From Octopus bimaculoides (taxonomy: Eukaryota): a stretch of 64,000 bases of DNA. Below are positions 37,582-49,380 of this stretch, one piece after another. How positions within the stretch are numbered: position 1 is the stretch's first letter; the number at the start of each line of letters is the position of its first letter. The stretch lies in the NCBI RefSeq assembly GCF_001194135.2, contig NC_068989.1, positions 6,935,580 through 6,999,579 of the forward strand, written 5' to 3'. The translations under genes were made by a program, and so were the position numbers. Under the pieces are notes generated by a model that was given only the letters and a program-made list of their open reading frames with translations, was not told the DNA's origin and searched no databases.

Positions 37582-39869
37582 CGATATTTCCCATATCTAC
37601 AAAATTCTGTTGTAGTCAATCGCGTATTGGTTGATAAACTCTGCTTATTTCTTCATAATACTTCATTTACTTTGCTACATAGACATAAATGATTCAGTAA
37701 TGTGATCTTTTCTGTATGGCTGCCACTTTTCAATTTCTTCAATTCCTGTTCCAATTGATTTCATATTTGGTGTAATGATGTAGATTTGTATACTAATGAA
37801 TGACATGAAATTCATTTTTCGCCATAAATCAGTAAATAATGAGTTAATAGCTTTTAAAGTTTGAAAATGTGGAATACTTTTAGTCAATCATAAGCCACAG
37901 ACACATTCATGACTTTTTCTACAGTAACAGACCAAACATGAGAGCTCTTTTATCTGCGAGAAAGCACGTGTGTTGTTAAATATATTCTACGCGAAACCAC
38001 ATGCGTTGACGCTGTGTTTCTCTTCTGCTGCTTGTGCCCGTCAGTAACATGCACCCTGGTCGTGAGATGTGCTAAAAATAACAGCTAAATAGGTCTTAAC
38101 TCACGCACATTTTGGTGGTGGTGGTGGTGGTGGTGGTGGTGGTAGTGGTGGTGGTAGTGGTGGTNNNNNNNNNNNNNNNNNNNNNNNNNNNNNNNNNNNN
38201 NNNNNNNNNNNNNNNNNNNNNNNNNNNNNNNNNNNNNNNNNNNNNNNNNNNNNNNNNNNNNNNNNNNNNNNNNNNNNNNNNNNNNNNNNNNNNNNNNNNN
38301 NNNNNNNNNNNNNNNNNNNNNNNNNNNNNNNNNNNNNNNNNNNNNNNNNNNNNNNNNNNNNNNNNNNNNNNNNNNNNNNNNNNNNNNNNNNNNNNNNNNN
38401 NNNNNNNNNNNNNNNNNNNNNNNNNNNNNNNNNNNNNNNNNNNNNNNNNNNNNNNNNNNNNNNNNNNNNNNNNNNNNNNNNNNNNNNNNNNNNNNNNNNN
38501 NNNNNNNNNNNNNNNNNNNNNNNNNNNNNNNNNNNNNNNNNNNNNNNNNNNNNNNNNNNNNNNNNNNNNNNNNNNNNNNNNNNNNNNNNNNNNNNNNNNN
38601 NNNNNNNNNNNNNNNNNNNNNNNNNNNNNNNNNNNNNNNNNNNNNNNNNNNNNNNNNNNNNNNNNNNNNNNNNNNNNNNNNNNNNNNNNNNNNNNNNNNN
38701 NNNNNNNNNNNNNNNNNNNNNNNNNNNNNNNNNNNNNNNNNNNNNNNNNNNNNNNNNNNNNNNNNNNNNNNNNNNNNNNNNNNNNNNNNNNNNNNNNNNN
38801 NNNNNNNNNNNNNNNNNNNNNNNNNNNNNNNNNNNNNNNNNNNNNNNNNNNNNNNNNNNNNNNNNNNNNNNNNNNNNNNNNNNNNNNNNNNNNNNNNNNN
38901 NNNNNNNNNNNNNNNNNNNNNNNNNNNNNNNNNNNNNNNNNNNNNNNNNNNNNNNNNNNNNNNNNNNNNNNNNNNNNNNNNNNNNNNNNNNNNNNNNNNN
39001 NNNNNNNNNNNNGAAGAATAATGAGAAAAAGAAAGTGAATGAAAGTGAAAGAAGAGAAAACGCGAACAAGACAATAGAAAGTTGCAAAACGTGGGGGGGG
39101 GCAGGTAGAGAGTGAGGAAGAAGAGGGCCAGAGACAAAGATGGAAGAGCTGAAAGAGGGGGGGGGGTTATAAATTCTAAGTAGTTTGTGGACTTTGGCTC
39201 GATATTGTTGAATAGGCTTTTGGCACTGAAGTGAATATTTTGTGCCAAAGTCAGGATAAAGAAGAGACAGGAACAAATAGAAGACACATAGTCATTGGCA
39301 AAACACACACACGCACGCTCGCACGCACACACACACTCACAGTCATTGAGACATGCACGTACAGTAACACGGCCCCACTCGCAACACACGCCAAACATAC
39401 ACAAACAAATACAACGACTTTATACTTTATATCCTCTTTGTTTTCTTAAGATCAATACAGTAACCAAAATGTTAAGACTTCCTGCTTAATGGCATTAGAA
39501 GTAAAGAATAAATTCTGTGTGTGGCCCTATCGTTCATTTTCTCTAACATTTTCAGGCCTATTGGAATATTTTTTTTTTATATCAAGTTTTCTTCTTTTCT
39601 TCCTTGTAAATGATTTTAAAATAGCATCTTTGAAATAACGTGTCCATCACTATAAAACCACGTCTTCAATCTTTGATTCTGTTTTTAAGGATGAAGTCAG
39701 AATTTAAAAATTTAAGAATCGGTTCAGAACTTTTCACTGTTCACGCTTGAAAAACTATAAAGTTCTCCTGACTCGATTTCTACAATAGATCTTAACTAGA
39801 TTTATTGTGAAGATCATCTTTTGAAACTGCATTGGTCTCGGCAATGTGTATTCTAATTGATCTGATCAA

Positions 39870-40133
39870 CAGCAGAGCCTGCTCATGAAATTAAGGAGCA
39901 AGTTGCAAAGTACTCCATAAACGCGCTTACCGTTAGCGTAATTCTCAAGGAGATGCAAAGTGACACATTTTGGGACCAGGCTGACCTTTTCAAATACAAT
40001 TCATTTTTGCCAGCTGAGTGGACTGCAGCAACGTGAAATAGTGTCTTCCTCCAAAGACACAACGCGCCACAGGGGCTCGAACACACGACCATACATTCAC
40101 GAGTTAACTATCTTAACCACTCCGCCACGCGCC
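39870..40133 (-). mobile_element. SINE with a family C head/CORE-like body and a family D tail
   Basis: Head GGCGCGTGGCGGAGTGGTTAAG...GTTCGAGCCC, body GACACTATTTCACGTTGCTGCAGTCCACTCAGCTGGC, and tail AAGGTCAGCC...GAGAATTACG...AATTTCATGAGCAGGCT matching 43245-43357. Confidence 0.8.
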
Positions 40134-41140
40134 TGTAACTTCTATTTCACTAGGGACAAGCGTGGAAAGTGAAAGGGTTTTTCAGTGCTTTTTTTGTAAA
40201 TTCATCTACCTGCGGTTGGGAAGCAAGCTACTTACCACACAGCCATGCCCCTGTCTTGATTTATTAAAATCGACTTCATCTCAAGACGATGTAACATAAT
40301 TACCAAACGGCAATTAAGACCAGCTCCATGCGTTGCAAAGGAAGAATTTCATGAAGACAGAAATATCAAAGAAAATGAACAAGACTGAAGATTACTGTAC
40401 GCCACCTGATTACCAAGACAAACTGAAGGCGAAGCCGCAGTATAGAAAGCAAGCCAAAAGGTTCATACAATAAAAATAGGAAAACCTTTTTAATATCAGT
40501 GATCAGAACTTTGGTATCAGAACTTGATTATCATAGTTTTTAAATTAATTTAAATTCTTCTTTCAAGCTGTAATTATTAATATTTTGTTATTAAGTAATT
40601 TTATAATTATGCTTAACCTTTAAATGTGATTTGATGACTTGTTTCGTTTAGTTTCTTGTACGTTTTTGATATTTTAATAATCTTTAGACAGTTACATATT
40701 GTTACTGTGCCAGCCATTTATTTCATAATCAAGTTTGTAATTTATTTTGCTAATAAACATGATCAATATGGCGGCTCGTTTAATTGCTTAATTCTACTAA
40801 TTACAGTAGACTAATAACGTAATTTAAAAAGAGTTCTCTGGCCCTTGCATGATAATCAACCAAATAGATTTTTTTTCCTCTACCAGCGTTTCAACACAAA
40901 ATATGGAATGCAAGTTGTACGCGTCTAAATAAATCTTATGACTATACATGTGTGTGTATGCGTCTATACTTAAGTATATGTATATGTACTCTCTCTTTCT
41001 CTCTCTCTTTCATACACATACACACATATGTATATATACACACACAGGTGAGCACAAGGTGGATAAAATAGTACTCGAATACCAAAGGTAGAGTAATAGG
41101 CTCTTATTAAAGATACATATATATATATATATATATATAT

Positions 41141-41270
41141 GCCTTTTACTTGTTTCAGTCATTAGACTGCGTCCATGCTGGAGCACCACCCTGAAGAGTT
41201 TAGTCAGATAAATCGACCCCAGTTCTTAGTTTTTAAGTTTGGCATTTATTTTATTTCACTCTTTTGCCAA
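41141..41270 (-). mobile_element. SINE family A tail
   Basis: TTTTACTTGTTTCAGTCATTAGACTGCGTCCATGCTGGAGCACC. Confidence 0.85.
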
Positions 41271-41810
41271 ACCTTGAAGTAATCCAGCGAAGCTTCACGA
41301 TGAAGATTGTCTCTTTGCAACAGCTCAGCTACTGGGAAAGGCTGAAACAGTTAAGACTCTACCCGCTAGAGCGAAGGTGGGAGAGATATGCAATAATATA
41401 CATTTTGGAGGTCCTGGAAGGGACTGTACCAAATCTTGGCATTGAAAGCTGCACAAATGCCAGAATGGATCGCCACTGCACAGTGCCAAAAATCCCAGCA
41501 ATGCCATCGCGCTTCAGGACCAGTAACTGTAAAAGCCTAGGTTTCAGGGGCCCACAGCGTTTTAAAATTCTCCCAAAGAGACTGAGGGACCTACACAAAG
41601 TGGATGTAGGTGTTTGCAAATCAAAACTAATTCCCTTCCTGTCGAAAGTCCCAGATGAACCTACCTCGCGGCAGGAGGCGCAAATGAGTGTACCGACATT
41701 AATCTTCCATTCACCAAATGCCACATATCAGAGGAGGCTCTCAATAATAACAGTGTAGTAAAACGGTGGTGCCCCAGCTTTGAGCTGAAACTGATAAAGC
41801 AATAAAAAAA
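41270..41810 (+). mobile_element. CR1-clade LINE, 5'-truncated (RT C-terminal region plus 3' UTR)
   Basis: NLEVIQRSFTMKI..LSYWERLKQLRLYPLERRWERYAIIYIL...GPQRFKILP...KSKLIPFLSKVPDEP matches the CR1 pattern LE.VQRR.TK.I..LSY.ERL..L.L.SLERRR and FK.KLD.FL. It is followed by a 3' UTR and A-rich end. Confidence 0.9.
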
Positions 41811-41929
41811 TAATTAAACAATAAACTGGGATACAGGGACGAGAACATTTCTAACATATTTTAGGAAGAAACAGTCCCACTGTATGACATTTTGGACAAG
41901 TATCTTCTCTTACAATCGCGGGTCAACTG

Positions 41930-42150
41930 ATGCTTTATGAATGGATTAGTAGACGGAAACTGAAAGAAGCCTTTCGAATAAATGTGTGCAGGTGTGTGTG
42001 TGTGTGTGTGTGTGTGTGTCTTTGCGTATGTGTCGAAAGAGATTTATAGTATAAGCACGAGGCTTTAAAATATAATAGCTGGATTTTATTTGTACAACCC
42101 CTGAAGGCGGTGCTCCATTATGGCTGTCCACTGACTGAAGGAAGTGAAAG
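41930..42150 (+). mobile_element. SINE family A, partial and diverged
   Basis: GTAGACGGAAACTGAAAGAAGCC (TG)n ... GAAGGCGGTGCTCCA..ATGGC...TGACTGAA. Confidence 0.8.
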
Positions 42151-42448
42151 ATGAAATATACATGTGTGTGTGTAAGTGTGTTCGTGTGTATACGTGTATG
42201 TATGTTCCGTTTAATGCACACAGGATTCAAATTCGAGCCACTAATAGTTTAAAGTTTCTGATTGTACACTCCATTCTATACAAGCTTGTTCGACCATTAT
42301 GTTTTCAGAGGCATGAAACTAAAAGTAGCTCGAATTTTAAGTGTTGTGCGTATTAAATAGATTTTATGCCTCACTTGATAGAGTACTTCTTTTATTCATC
42401 ACACCAATAACGCAACAGGTCATTCTGTGCGTGTGTGTGTTTGTGTGC

Positions 42449-42518
<70 letters not shown>

Positions 42519-43069
42519 TCTATATGGCTTAAATCATTTTTTGGGGACACTGTCAAATATGAGAAACACTTTCGGTTTGGAAGATTACAGATAAATCTCA
42601 GAAACCAAAATGAATCGGTGAGAATATAGTTTATATATTTAAGAAGAATATGAAAAACTGTCGGTAAGTTGCATAATATTCTGAGTATAGTCTTCCATAT
42701 TTTAATTTTTATCGTTATTTTTATTATTCGCAAAATGTCGGAGCTTTGCTCAAAGCAGTTCAATTAGTTTGGTAATTCTTAAATATGGAATTTATCACGT
42801 TCGAAATTACCACAAAAATAAAATATAAATTATGGAAAAGGTACAGCTAATCTTATTTTTATTAAATCTTTCATTCTTATTCTAAACTCTTCTAAAAATG
42901 TACCAAAAATTGCCTCCAGATTTTTCATCCTCCGAAATGCCAAATTACTGAGTTTAAATTTTTATTGATTAATGATAGATTGAATAGTCAATATTCATTC
43001 AGCAGGCCTTGCAGAACGTCTCCTTGTGTTTCTTCGTAGCTTATGCAAAGAAGCAGTAATTCCTTACAA

Positions 43070-43413
43070 TGGTCATAGGATCGCGGTTTCGATTCCCAAA
43101 CCGGGCGTTGTGATTGTTTAATGAGCGAAAACACCTAAAGTTCCACGAGGCTCCGGCAGGGGATGGTGGCGAACCCTGATGCACTCTTTCACCACAACTT
43201 TCTCTCACTCTTACTTCTTGTTTCTGTTGTGCCTGTAATTCAAAGGGTCAGCCTTGTCACACTCTGTGTCACGCTGAATATCCCCGAGAACTACGTTAAG
43301 GGTACACGTGTCTGTGGAGCGCTTAGCCACTTGCACGATAATTTCACGAGCAGGCTGTTCCGTTGATCGGATCAACTGGAACCCTCGACGTCGTAAGCGA
43401 CGGAGTGCCAACA
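43070..43413 (+). mobile_element. SINE family D, near full length
   Basis: B box GGTTTCGATTCCC, a unique body, and a tail with two stem-loops (GTTGATC-G-GATCAAC and CGTCG-TAAG-CGACG) ending GTGCCAACA. Confidence 0.85.
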
Positions 43414-43540
43414 TGATTTGAAATAAATGAAGGATCGGATGATTGTGGATTTAGAATGTGAGAGAATTAGAGNNNNNNNNNNNNNNNNNNNNNNNNNNNN
43501 NNNNNNNNNNNNNNNNNNNNNNNNNNNNNNNNNNNNNNNN

Positions 43541-43760
43541 TGTGTATTTGTCCCCCATCATCGCTTGACAACCGCTGTTAGTTTACTTTACGTTACAGTA
43601 ACTTAGCATTTCGGCAAAAGGACTCGTTAGAATAAGAACCAGGCTTTATAAAAAACGGGGGTCGATTCGTTTGGCTAAAACCTCTTGAAGGCGGTGCCCC
43701 AGCATGGCCGCAGTCTGATGACTGAAACAAATAAGCGATAAAAGATAAAAGATAAAACAA
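43541..43760 (+). mobile_element. SINE family A tail with (GATAAAA)n end
   Basis: TCGCTTGACAACC...GGCGGTGCCCCAGCATGGCCGCAGTCTGATGACTGAAAC...GATAAAAGATAAAAGATAAAA. Confidence 0.9.
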
Positions 43761-44299
43761 TGCAAATGTTATAACGCGTGATGTGGATCTTCGGCGCAAT
43801 AACCCCTTACCAATTCTGCCGCAAGCTGCTTCCCAGCCGATAGAGAAAGTCTACAGATAAATGTCAGAACAAACTTCCGAGAGTTGAGTTTGCAACCACA
43901 GCAACAACAACAACAACAATAACAACAGCAACAACAAATAACAGCATGGCTAATTATGGTTATCTTCAATAAAATCCGTGTTCCGGTTGTTGTAAATAAA
44001 TGAACGCGTTGTTACAATATTGCCGTTTCGTTTCTCTTCCCTTTGGAATTACAGAAGCAAATTTTGTTGCGCTAAAACGTAGAGATATAAGTTTGGCTAT
44101 AGAATATGCTATTTTTAAAACTACTTATGGTGTTGCCAATAGCAATTGGCTACGTTCCACGATTCTTCTTCACTTGTTATTCTTGTTTTCCTTTCATAAT
44201 GCTACTAGCCACTATTCTCAATACGTAAATATACGTGAATCATTTACAATTTTCTGCAGAACAATATTCTCAGAAAACAATAGTACTCTATGATTTCAA

Positions 44300-44690
44300 T
44301 CTATCCATATATCCATTTTCTTCAACCACTGTTCCTTGGAGGGTCATGCGGGTGGAGTCACCAGACACTTCCACCGTGAGGTTCCGTCAGAAGCAACCGT
44401 CATATCACTGTCTTGCTTGACTATCAAGCATGACCAGCTAAGACTATGGATATTGTCCAACTACCTTGTTCTTGATCTGCTCCTTGGTCTTCTCCTCATT
44501 GGCTCGGTTTGAAGAAGCCGTTTTGCAATCTTTACTGTAGCATACTAACCACATGTCTGCAATACAAGAGCTGTGACCTCTCAATGCGGAGAAGTTGCGT
44601 CTCGACCAGGAGAGACTCACTGATCTCCAAATTACAACCCCTGTCGAGTCACGTTCCCCCTGATATCTTATATGCTATTTGAGGAGGAGG
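44300..44690 (-). mobile_element. Decayed RTE-clade LINE 3' end
   Basis: Minus strand: KISGGT*LDRGCNLEISESLLVETQLLRIERSQLLYCRHVVSM/AKRLLQTEPMRRRPRSRSRTR*LDNI...VASDGT.W. This matches RTE I..SQL.W.GHV.RM and RP.GRP..RW.D motifs. Confidence 0.8.
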
Positions 44691-45411
44691 TGACTGTCCT
44701 TTTCAACTGGTCAAGTGGCCCCATTGTTTTTCCTGCTGTTTCAATATTCCAATTTCAATCTAACCAATAACTAAAACCTGTTATCACGTGATTAATTTCT
44801 GTTTCACTTTTGTTTACATAGTGAGCTTATTATTGTAACACAAGTCACTGTGGACTCTCGACACGATCGATCGACTTCCTGAAAATAACAAACAAAATCT
44901 TCCTTAAATCGCATCCTGCCGTCTTAAGAGAAAGTGTAAACGCCTCTAATAACAGAATCAGATAAACTCAGTTAGACATATACAACTGAGTGGGAGATAC
45001 ACAACTAAGTCTGAGTTATACAACTGTTTCTGAGATAGGAAATGATAGAGAAGTACAGAAATGTTAAGAATTGGTACAATTGGTATGAATCAAGAATCAA
45101 GTCATTTTATTGAACCATGTCGAGAAACTAAAAGCGTTAAATCTCCTGTGAATTTTCTAAACAAAGTTGAAAACACATAATATTTTTTAAGATGTGGCTT
45201 ACTTTGATCAATAATTTTAGTTTAGGTAAACTGGAATTATGGATGCTAGCCCTATGCTGGTTCAAGCGAAACTAATTGTTATGAATATGTAACTTCAGAT
45301 CAAAAGTGAGCTTCTTTAGTTTTTGTACTTTATAAAATGGTCGTGAATTGAGCGTTCGAACGACATTGATCATAAGTCAGCTTCATCAAGAAAAACCCGA
45401 TGAAAAAGTGA

Positions 45412-45622
45412 TTCCAAATTTTGACACAAGGCCAGCAATTTTAGAGGGGAAAGAATTCGACACATCAACCCCAGCATTTCACACGTACAGTATTTTATTG
45501 ACCCAGAGGGGATGAAAGGCACAGTAAAACTTGGTGGCATTTGAACACAGAAGGTAACGCCGGAAGAAATACTGCTAAGTACCCTTGTCCGTTGTGCTTA
45601 CAATTCTTCCAGCTCGCTGTCT
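45412..45622 (-). mobile_element. SINE family B monomer
   Basis: Complete from the 3' motif GACACAAGGCCAGCAATTTT to the head CCAGCTCGCTGTC. Confidence 0.85.
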
Positions 45623-45802
45623 AGGCCTGGGGTTAAATAAAATGATAAATGATTTTACCTTTAACGCTCTATCTCTGCGAATCGATAAAGTAAACATCAG
45701 CGGTTACACGGACCTATCGTTCTTACCTTTCCCTCTAAATCATTCATTTTGTATCCAGAGCGTCGATCAAAATATCTTACAATATGCATTTCCATGTTTA
45801 TG

Positions 45803-46005
45803 ACGGCGGCCGGCAGTATCGTTAGGACGCCGGACAAAATGCTTAGCGGCATTTTATCCGTTTTTACGGTCTACCGATAGTCAACTTTGCCTTTCATCCT
45901 TTCGGAGTCGATAAAATAAGTACCAGTTAAACACTGAGATCGATGTAATAGACTTAACTCTCCCTCGAAATTGTTGATCTTGTGACAAAATTTGAGAGCA
46001 ATATG
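45803..46005 (+). mobile_element. SINE family B monomer
   Basis: GGCGGCCGGCAGTATCGTTAG...TTTGCCTTTCATCCTTTCGGAGTCGATAAAATAAGTACCAG...AAATTGTTGATCTTGTG. Confidence 0.88.
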
Positions 46006-46104
46006 TATTTACATGTCTTTAGGTTCTAATGTTCAAATCCCGCCCAGTCTTTCATCATTCGTGGCCTTGATGAAATAAAACACCAGCCAACTCCTAGATG
46101 AGTA

Positions 46105-46503
46105 TACTCTTTACTCTTTTACTCTTTTACTTGTTTCAGTCATTTGAATGCTGCCATGCTGGAGCACCACCTTTTGTCGAGCAAATCAACCCGAAGACTT
46201 ATTCTTTGTAAGCCTCTTTTTGCCGAACCGCTAAGTGACAGGACATAAACACACCAGCATCGGTTGTCAAGCAATGGGGACAAACACAGACACACAAACA
46301 TACACACATACACACACACACGCATATATGCACATATATACGACGGGCTTCTTTCAGTTTCCGTCTACCAAATCCACTCACAAGGCTTTGGTCGGCCCGA
46401 GGCTATAGTAGAAGACACTTGTCCAAGGTGCCACGCAGTAGGACTGAACCCGGGACCATGTGGTTCGTAAGCAAGCTACGTACCACACAGCCACTCCTGC
46501 GCC
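46105..46503 (-). mobile_element. SINE family A, full length, low divergence
   Basis: Ungapped copy: head GGCGCAGGAGTGGCTGTGTGG, internal (TA/TG) tract, tail, and (GAGTAAAA)n end. Confidence 0.95.
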
Positions 46504-47391
46504 TATTTACTACGGCTGTTCACTCTCCTTAAATTTGTAGAATTTTATTTACGTAAGAACCCATCCTTACTATTACTTGTTGGGCGCAAGCTGGCAGGAA
46601 CGTTAGCACGCCTGACAAAATGCATTCCGAGTTCAAACCCCTCGCATAGGCTCTCCGCTTTCGCTAACCATCAGCTCAGTGAATCGACAACTCTAGCAGC
46701 AATAAAAAAGAAAGAAGAGAGATAGGAGGCTTTCAGTGTGCTGAATACGCCAAACGCCTTGACTTACGTAAACAAATTAACCGAATTTCACTTTCTTTAA
46801 GCCAATGATTCTCTTACGAAAGGTATAAATATGCTCTTATCTCACCACACTTTCGAGCTCCTTTTAAAAACACTATGGCCATGTGCCTACGTAAGAGATC
46901 AATGTTGTGGAAAATGACATGAAAGAAAATAACAAAAACCATTGCCAGCAATTCTTTTAGCAAATTGTGGTGTATGCACTTTAATGTTGGTCCTATTTCG
47001 AGATATATGTAGGGAGCGAAATATCAACATCATCTAGATAATTTTTTTTTATTTTATTATATCATTAATATAGCAATGGAGTCGACTGATAGAAAGTTTA
47101 TTGATTCAGATTGTCTGCAAGGATTTTTGGCACGTTATCTCTAATTCTTTATGTATTTGTAATTTCCATTCTATATTCCTATCTTTTCTTGTCTTATTTC
47201 GGTTTATGTGTACACATTTTTATGAATGAGTACGCGAATACATTCATTCACACACATACACATATACACGCGCACAAAGGCACACATGCAAACACCCCAT
47301 CTCCATATATACGAGTACGGTAGTATGTATGTATGTATGTATGTATGTATGTATATATATCTGTGTGTGTATTCTATATGTGTGTGTATTC

Positions 47392-47458
<67 letters not shown>

Positions 47459-47459
47459 T

Positions 47460-47525
<66 letters not shown>

Positions 47526-47653
47526 TTGAGAGAAAGTGAGAACGATTGAGCATACAAATGTAGATACATATATGAATGTGTGTGCATGTACGTAAATATA
47601 TATACATATACTACTGATGTGTATACATGTGTGTGTATATGCAAATGTATAAG

Positions 47654-47696
<43 letters not shown>

Positions 47697-48102
47697 GAGC
47701 GTATTTGTGTATATGAATGTATTATATGGATATATTTTTTTTTATAAATGCACATAGTATTGGCCGAAGTTATAAAGTTATAAATCCGTTACTCGTAAAT
47801 TTCCGCGTGTAATAACGTTTCGTCAGATAGCAGTTTAACTTCAGTCAATAAAGCAATTTTTACTCTTCGATGTTTGTTATATACTTTACCTCTGGTACGT
47901 TACTACCATTGTGCTTGTATATATTTGTGTGTGGTTGCAGTTGTAGATGCAGATACACACATACATGTCCACCAATACGTGTGTGTATATGTATGTATAT
48001 GTATGTATGCGTGTATGTGTGTGTATATATATATATGTGTGTATGTACATATGCATATGTATGTGTGTGTGTGTGTTTGTGAGTATGTATATATGTGTGT
48101 AT

Positions 48103-48288
48103 TTTCTATCTTTTATCTTTTGCTTGTCTCATTCATTAGACTGCGGCCATCCTGGAGTAAAACCATGAAGTTTTAGTCCAAGGAATCGACCCCAGTATTT
48201 ATTGTTTTTTAAGCTTCGTACTTATGCTATGGGGATGTGAAAACACCACCACCGGTTGTAAAGAATAAACACAGGGGCAAACACACGC

Positions 48289-48300
<12 letters not shown>
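48103..48300 (-). mobile_element. SINE family A tail, diverged
   Basis: ATTAGACTGCGGCCATCCTGGAG...ATCGACCCCAGTA...GGGGATGTGAAAACACC. Confidence 0.8.
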
Positions 48301-48324
<24 letters not shown>

Positions 48325-48622
48325 AAATTTGCAGACATACACACACACGCATATATACATACATACATNNNNNNNNNNNNNNNNNNNNNNNNNNNNNNNN
48401 NNNNNNNNNNNNNNNNNNNNNNNNNNNNNNNNNNNNNNNNNNNNNNNNNNNNNNNNNNNNNNNNNNNNNNNNNNNNNNNNNNNNNNNNNNNNNNNNNNNN
48501 NNNNNNNNNNNNNNNNNNNNNNNNNNNNNNNNNNNNNNNNNNNNNNNNNNNNNNNTATAATTAACCGAATGAGATAAAAATCCAAGGCTGTGAAAGATTT
48601 CAGAACATTTATATAGAGAAGG

Positions 48623-48668
48623 TCTTACAGCTGTTTCCGGGATATTTCATATATCCCTTCATCGGAGA
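48623..48668 (-). ncRNA. Type-I minimal hammerhead ribozyme-like motif
   Basis: Minus strand: UCU-CCGAUGA-A-GGGAUAU-AUGAA-AUAUCCC-G-GAAA-CAGCUG-UA/AGA. It has a 7-bp stem II and the same ACAGCUGU stem III and U4C as 444-525, plus an extra A and G at the base of stem II. Confidence 0.55.
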
Positions 48669-48857
48669 TGGTGTGAGAGAATGGTTAAGCAATAGTTATT
48701 CTAGAGAAGATATGAAATAGACAGTGAAGTGGAGGAATGGAAACAGACGTGAGATATGTAGACGGAAACTGAAAAGCCCGTCATATATAAGTATGTATAT
48801 TTCATATGTAGAAGCTTGGTACTGATTCCAAAGTATATATATATATATATATATATA

Positions 48858-49120
48858 CACCATGGGATTGTACCTAGAAAGTTACCCTCCCAGGCACAAG
48901 TCCGGGCAAGATTGCTTATGGAAGACCAGCAGTCGCCCATGCATACCGGCCTCCCCTCTCCATGCTAACAGTGTTATCTAAGGGATAACTCATTTCTACA
49001 GCTGAGTGAACTGGAGCAACGTGAAATAAAGTGTCTTGCTCAAGAACACAACACGCAGCCCGGTCCAGGATTCGAACTCACAACCTCACGATCGTAAGCT
49101 CGACGCTCTAACCACTGAGC
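48858..49120 (-). mobile_element. SINE family C, full length
   Basis: Head GCTCAGTGGTTAGAGCGTC...GAGTTCGAATCC, CORE-like TGTTCTTGAGCAAGACACTTTATTTCACGTTGCTCCAG..CAGCTGTAGAAATGAG, and tail ...GGGTAACTTTCTAGGTACAATCCCATGG. Confidence 0.88.
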
Positions 49121-49169
49121 ATACATGTATGCGTTTCTGTCTGCCTGTCTGCGTCTGTATCTTTCTATT

Positions 49170-49340
49170 TGTGTTTTTCTCCTCACTGCTTTAGAACCAG
49201 TATTGGGTTGTTTACGTCCCTGTGAACAGTTCGGCGAAAGTAAAGTACCAGGCCTTTAACAATGCACTGGGGTCTATTTGTTCGACTAACGCTCCTCAAG
49301 GTGGTACCCCAGCACGGCTACAGTCAAATGAAGGAAACAA
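49170..49340 (+). mobile_element. SINE family A tail, diverged
   Basis: GTTTACGTCCC...GGTGGTACCCCAGCACGGCTACAGTCAAATGA. Confidence 0.8.
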
Positions 49341-49380
49341 ATTCCAGACGAAAGATAAATGGAATACAATGAACTATTAT

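Noticed and set aside
40327-40463. Short K-rich ORF (...MKTEISKKMNKTEDY...RFIQ*) followed by AATAAA
   Set aside because: About 45 aa, with no convincing acceptor or recognisable homology.
45726-45795. Minus-strand MEMHIVRYFDRRSGYKMNDLEGK|GTAAGA as a first exon
   Set aside because: Good donor only. It lies between two SINE heads and has no supporting context.
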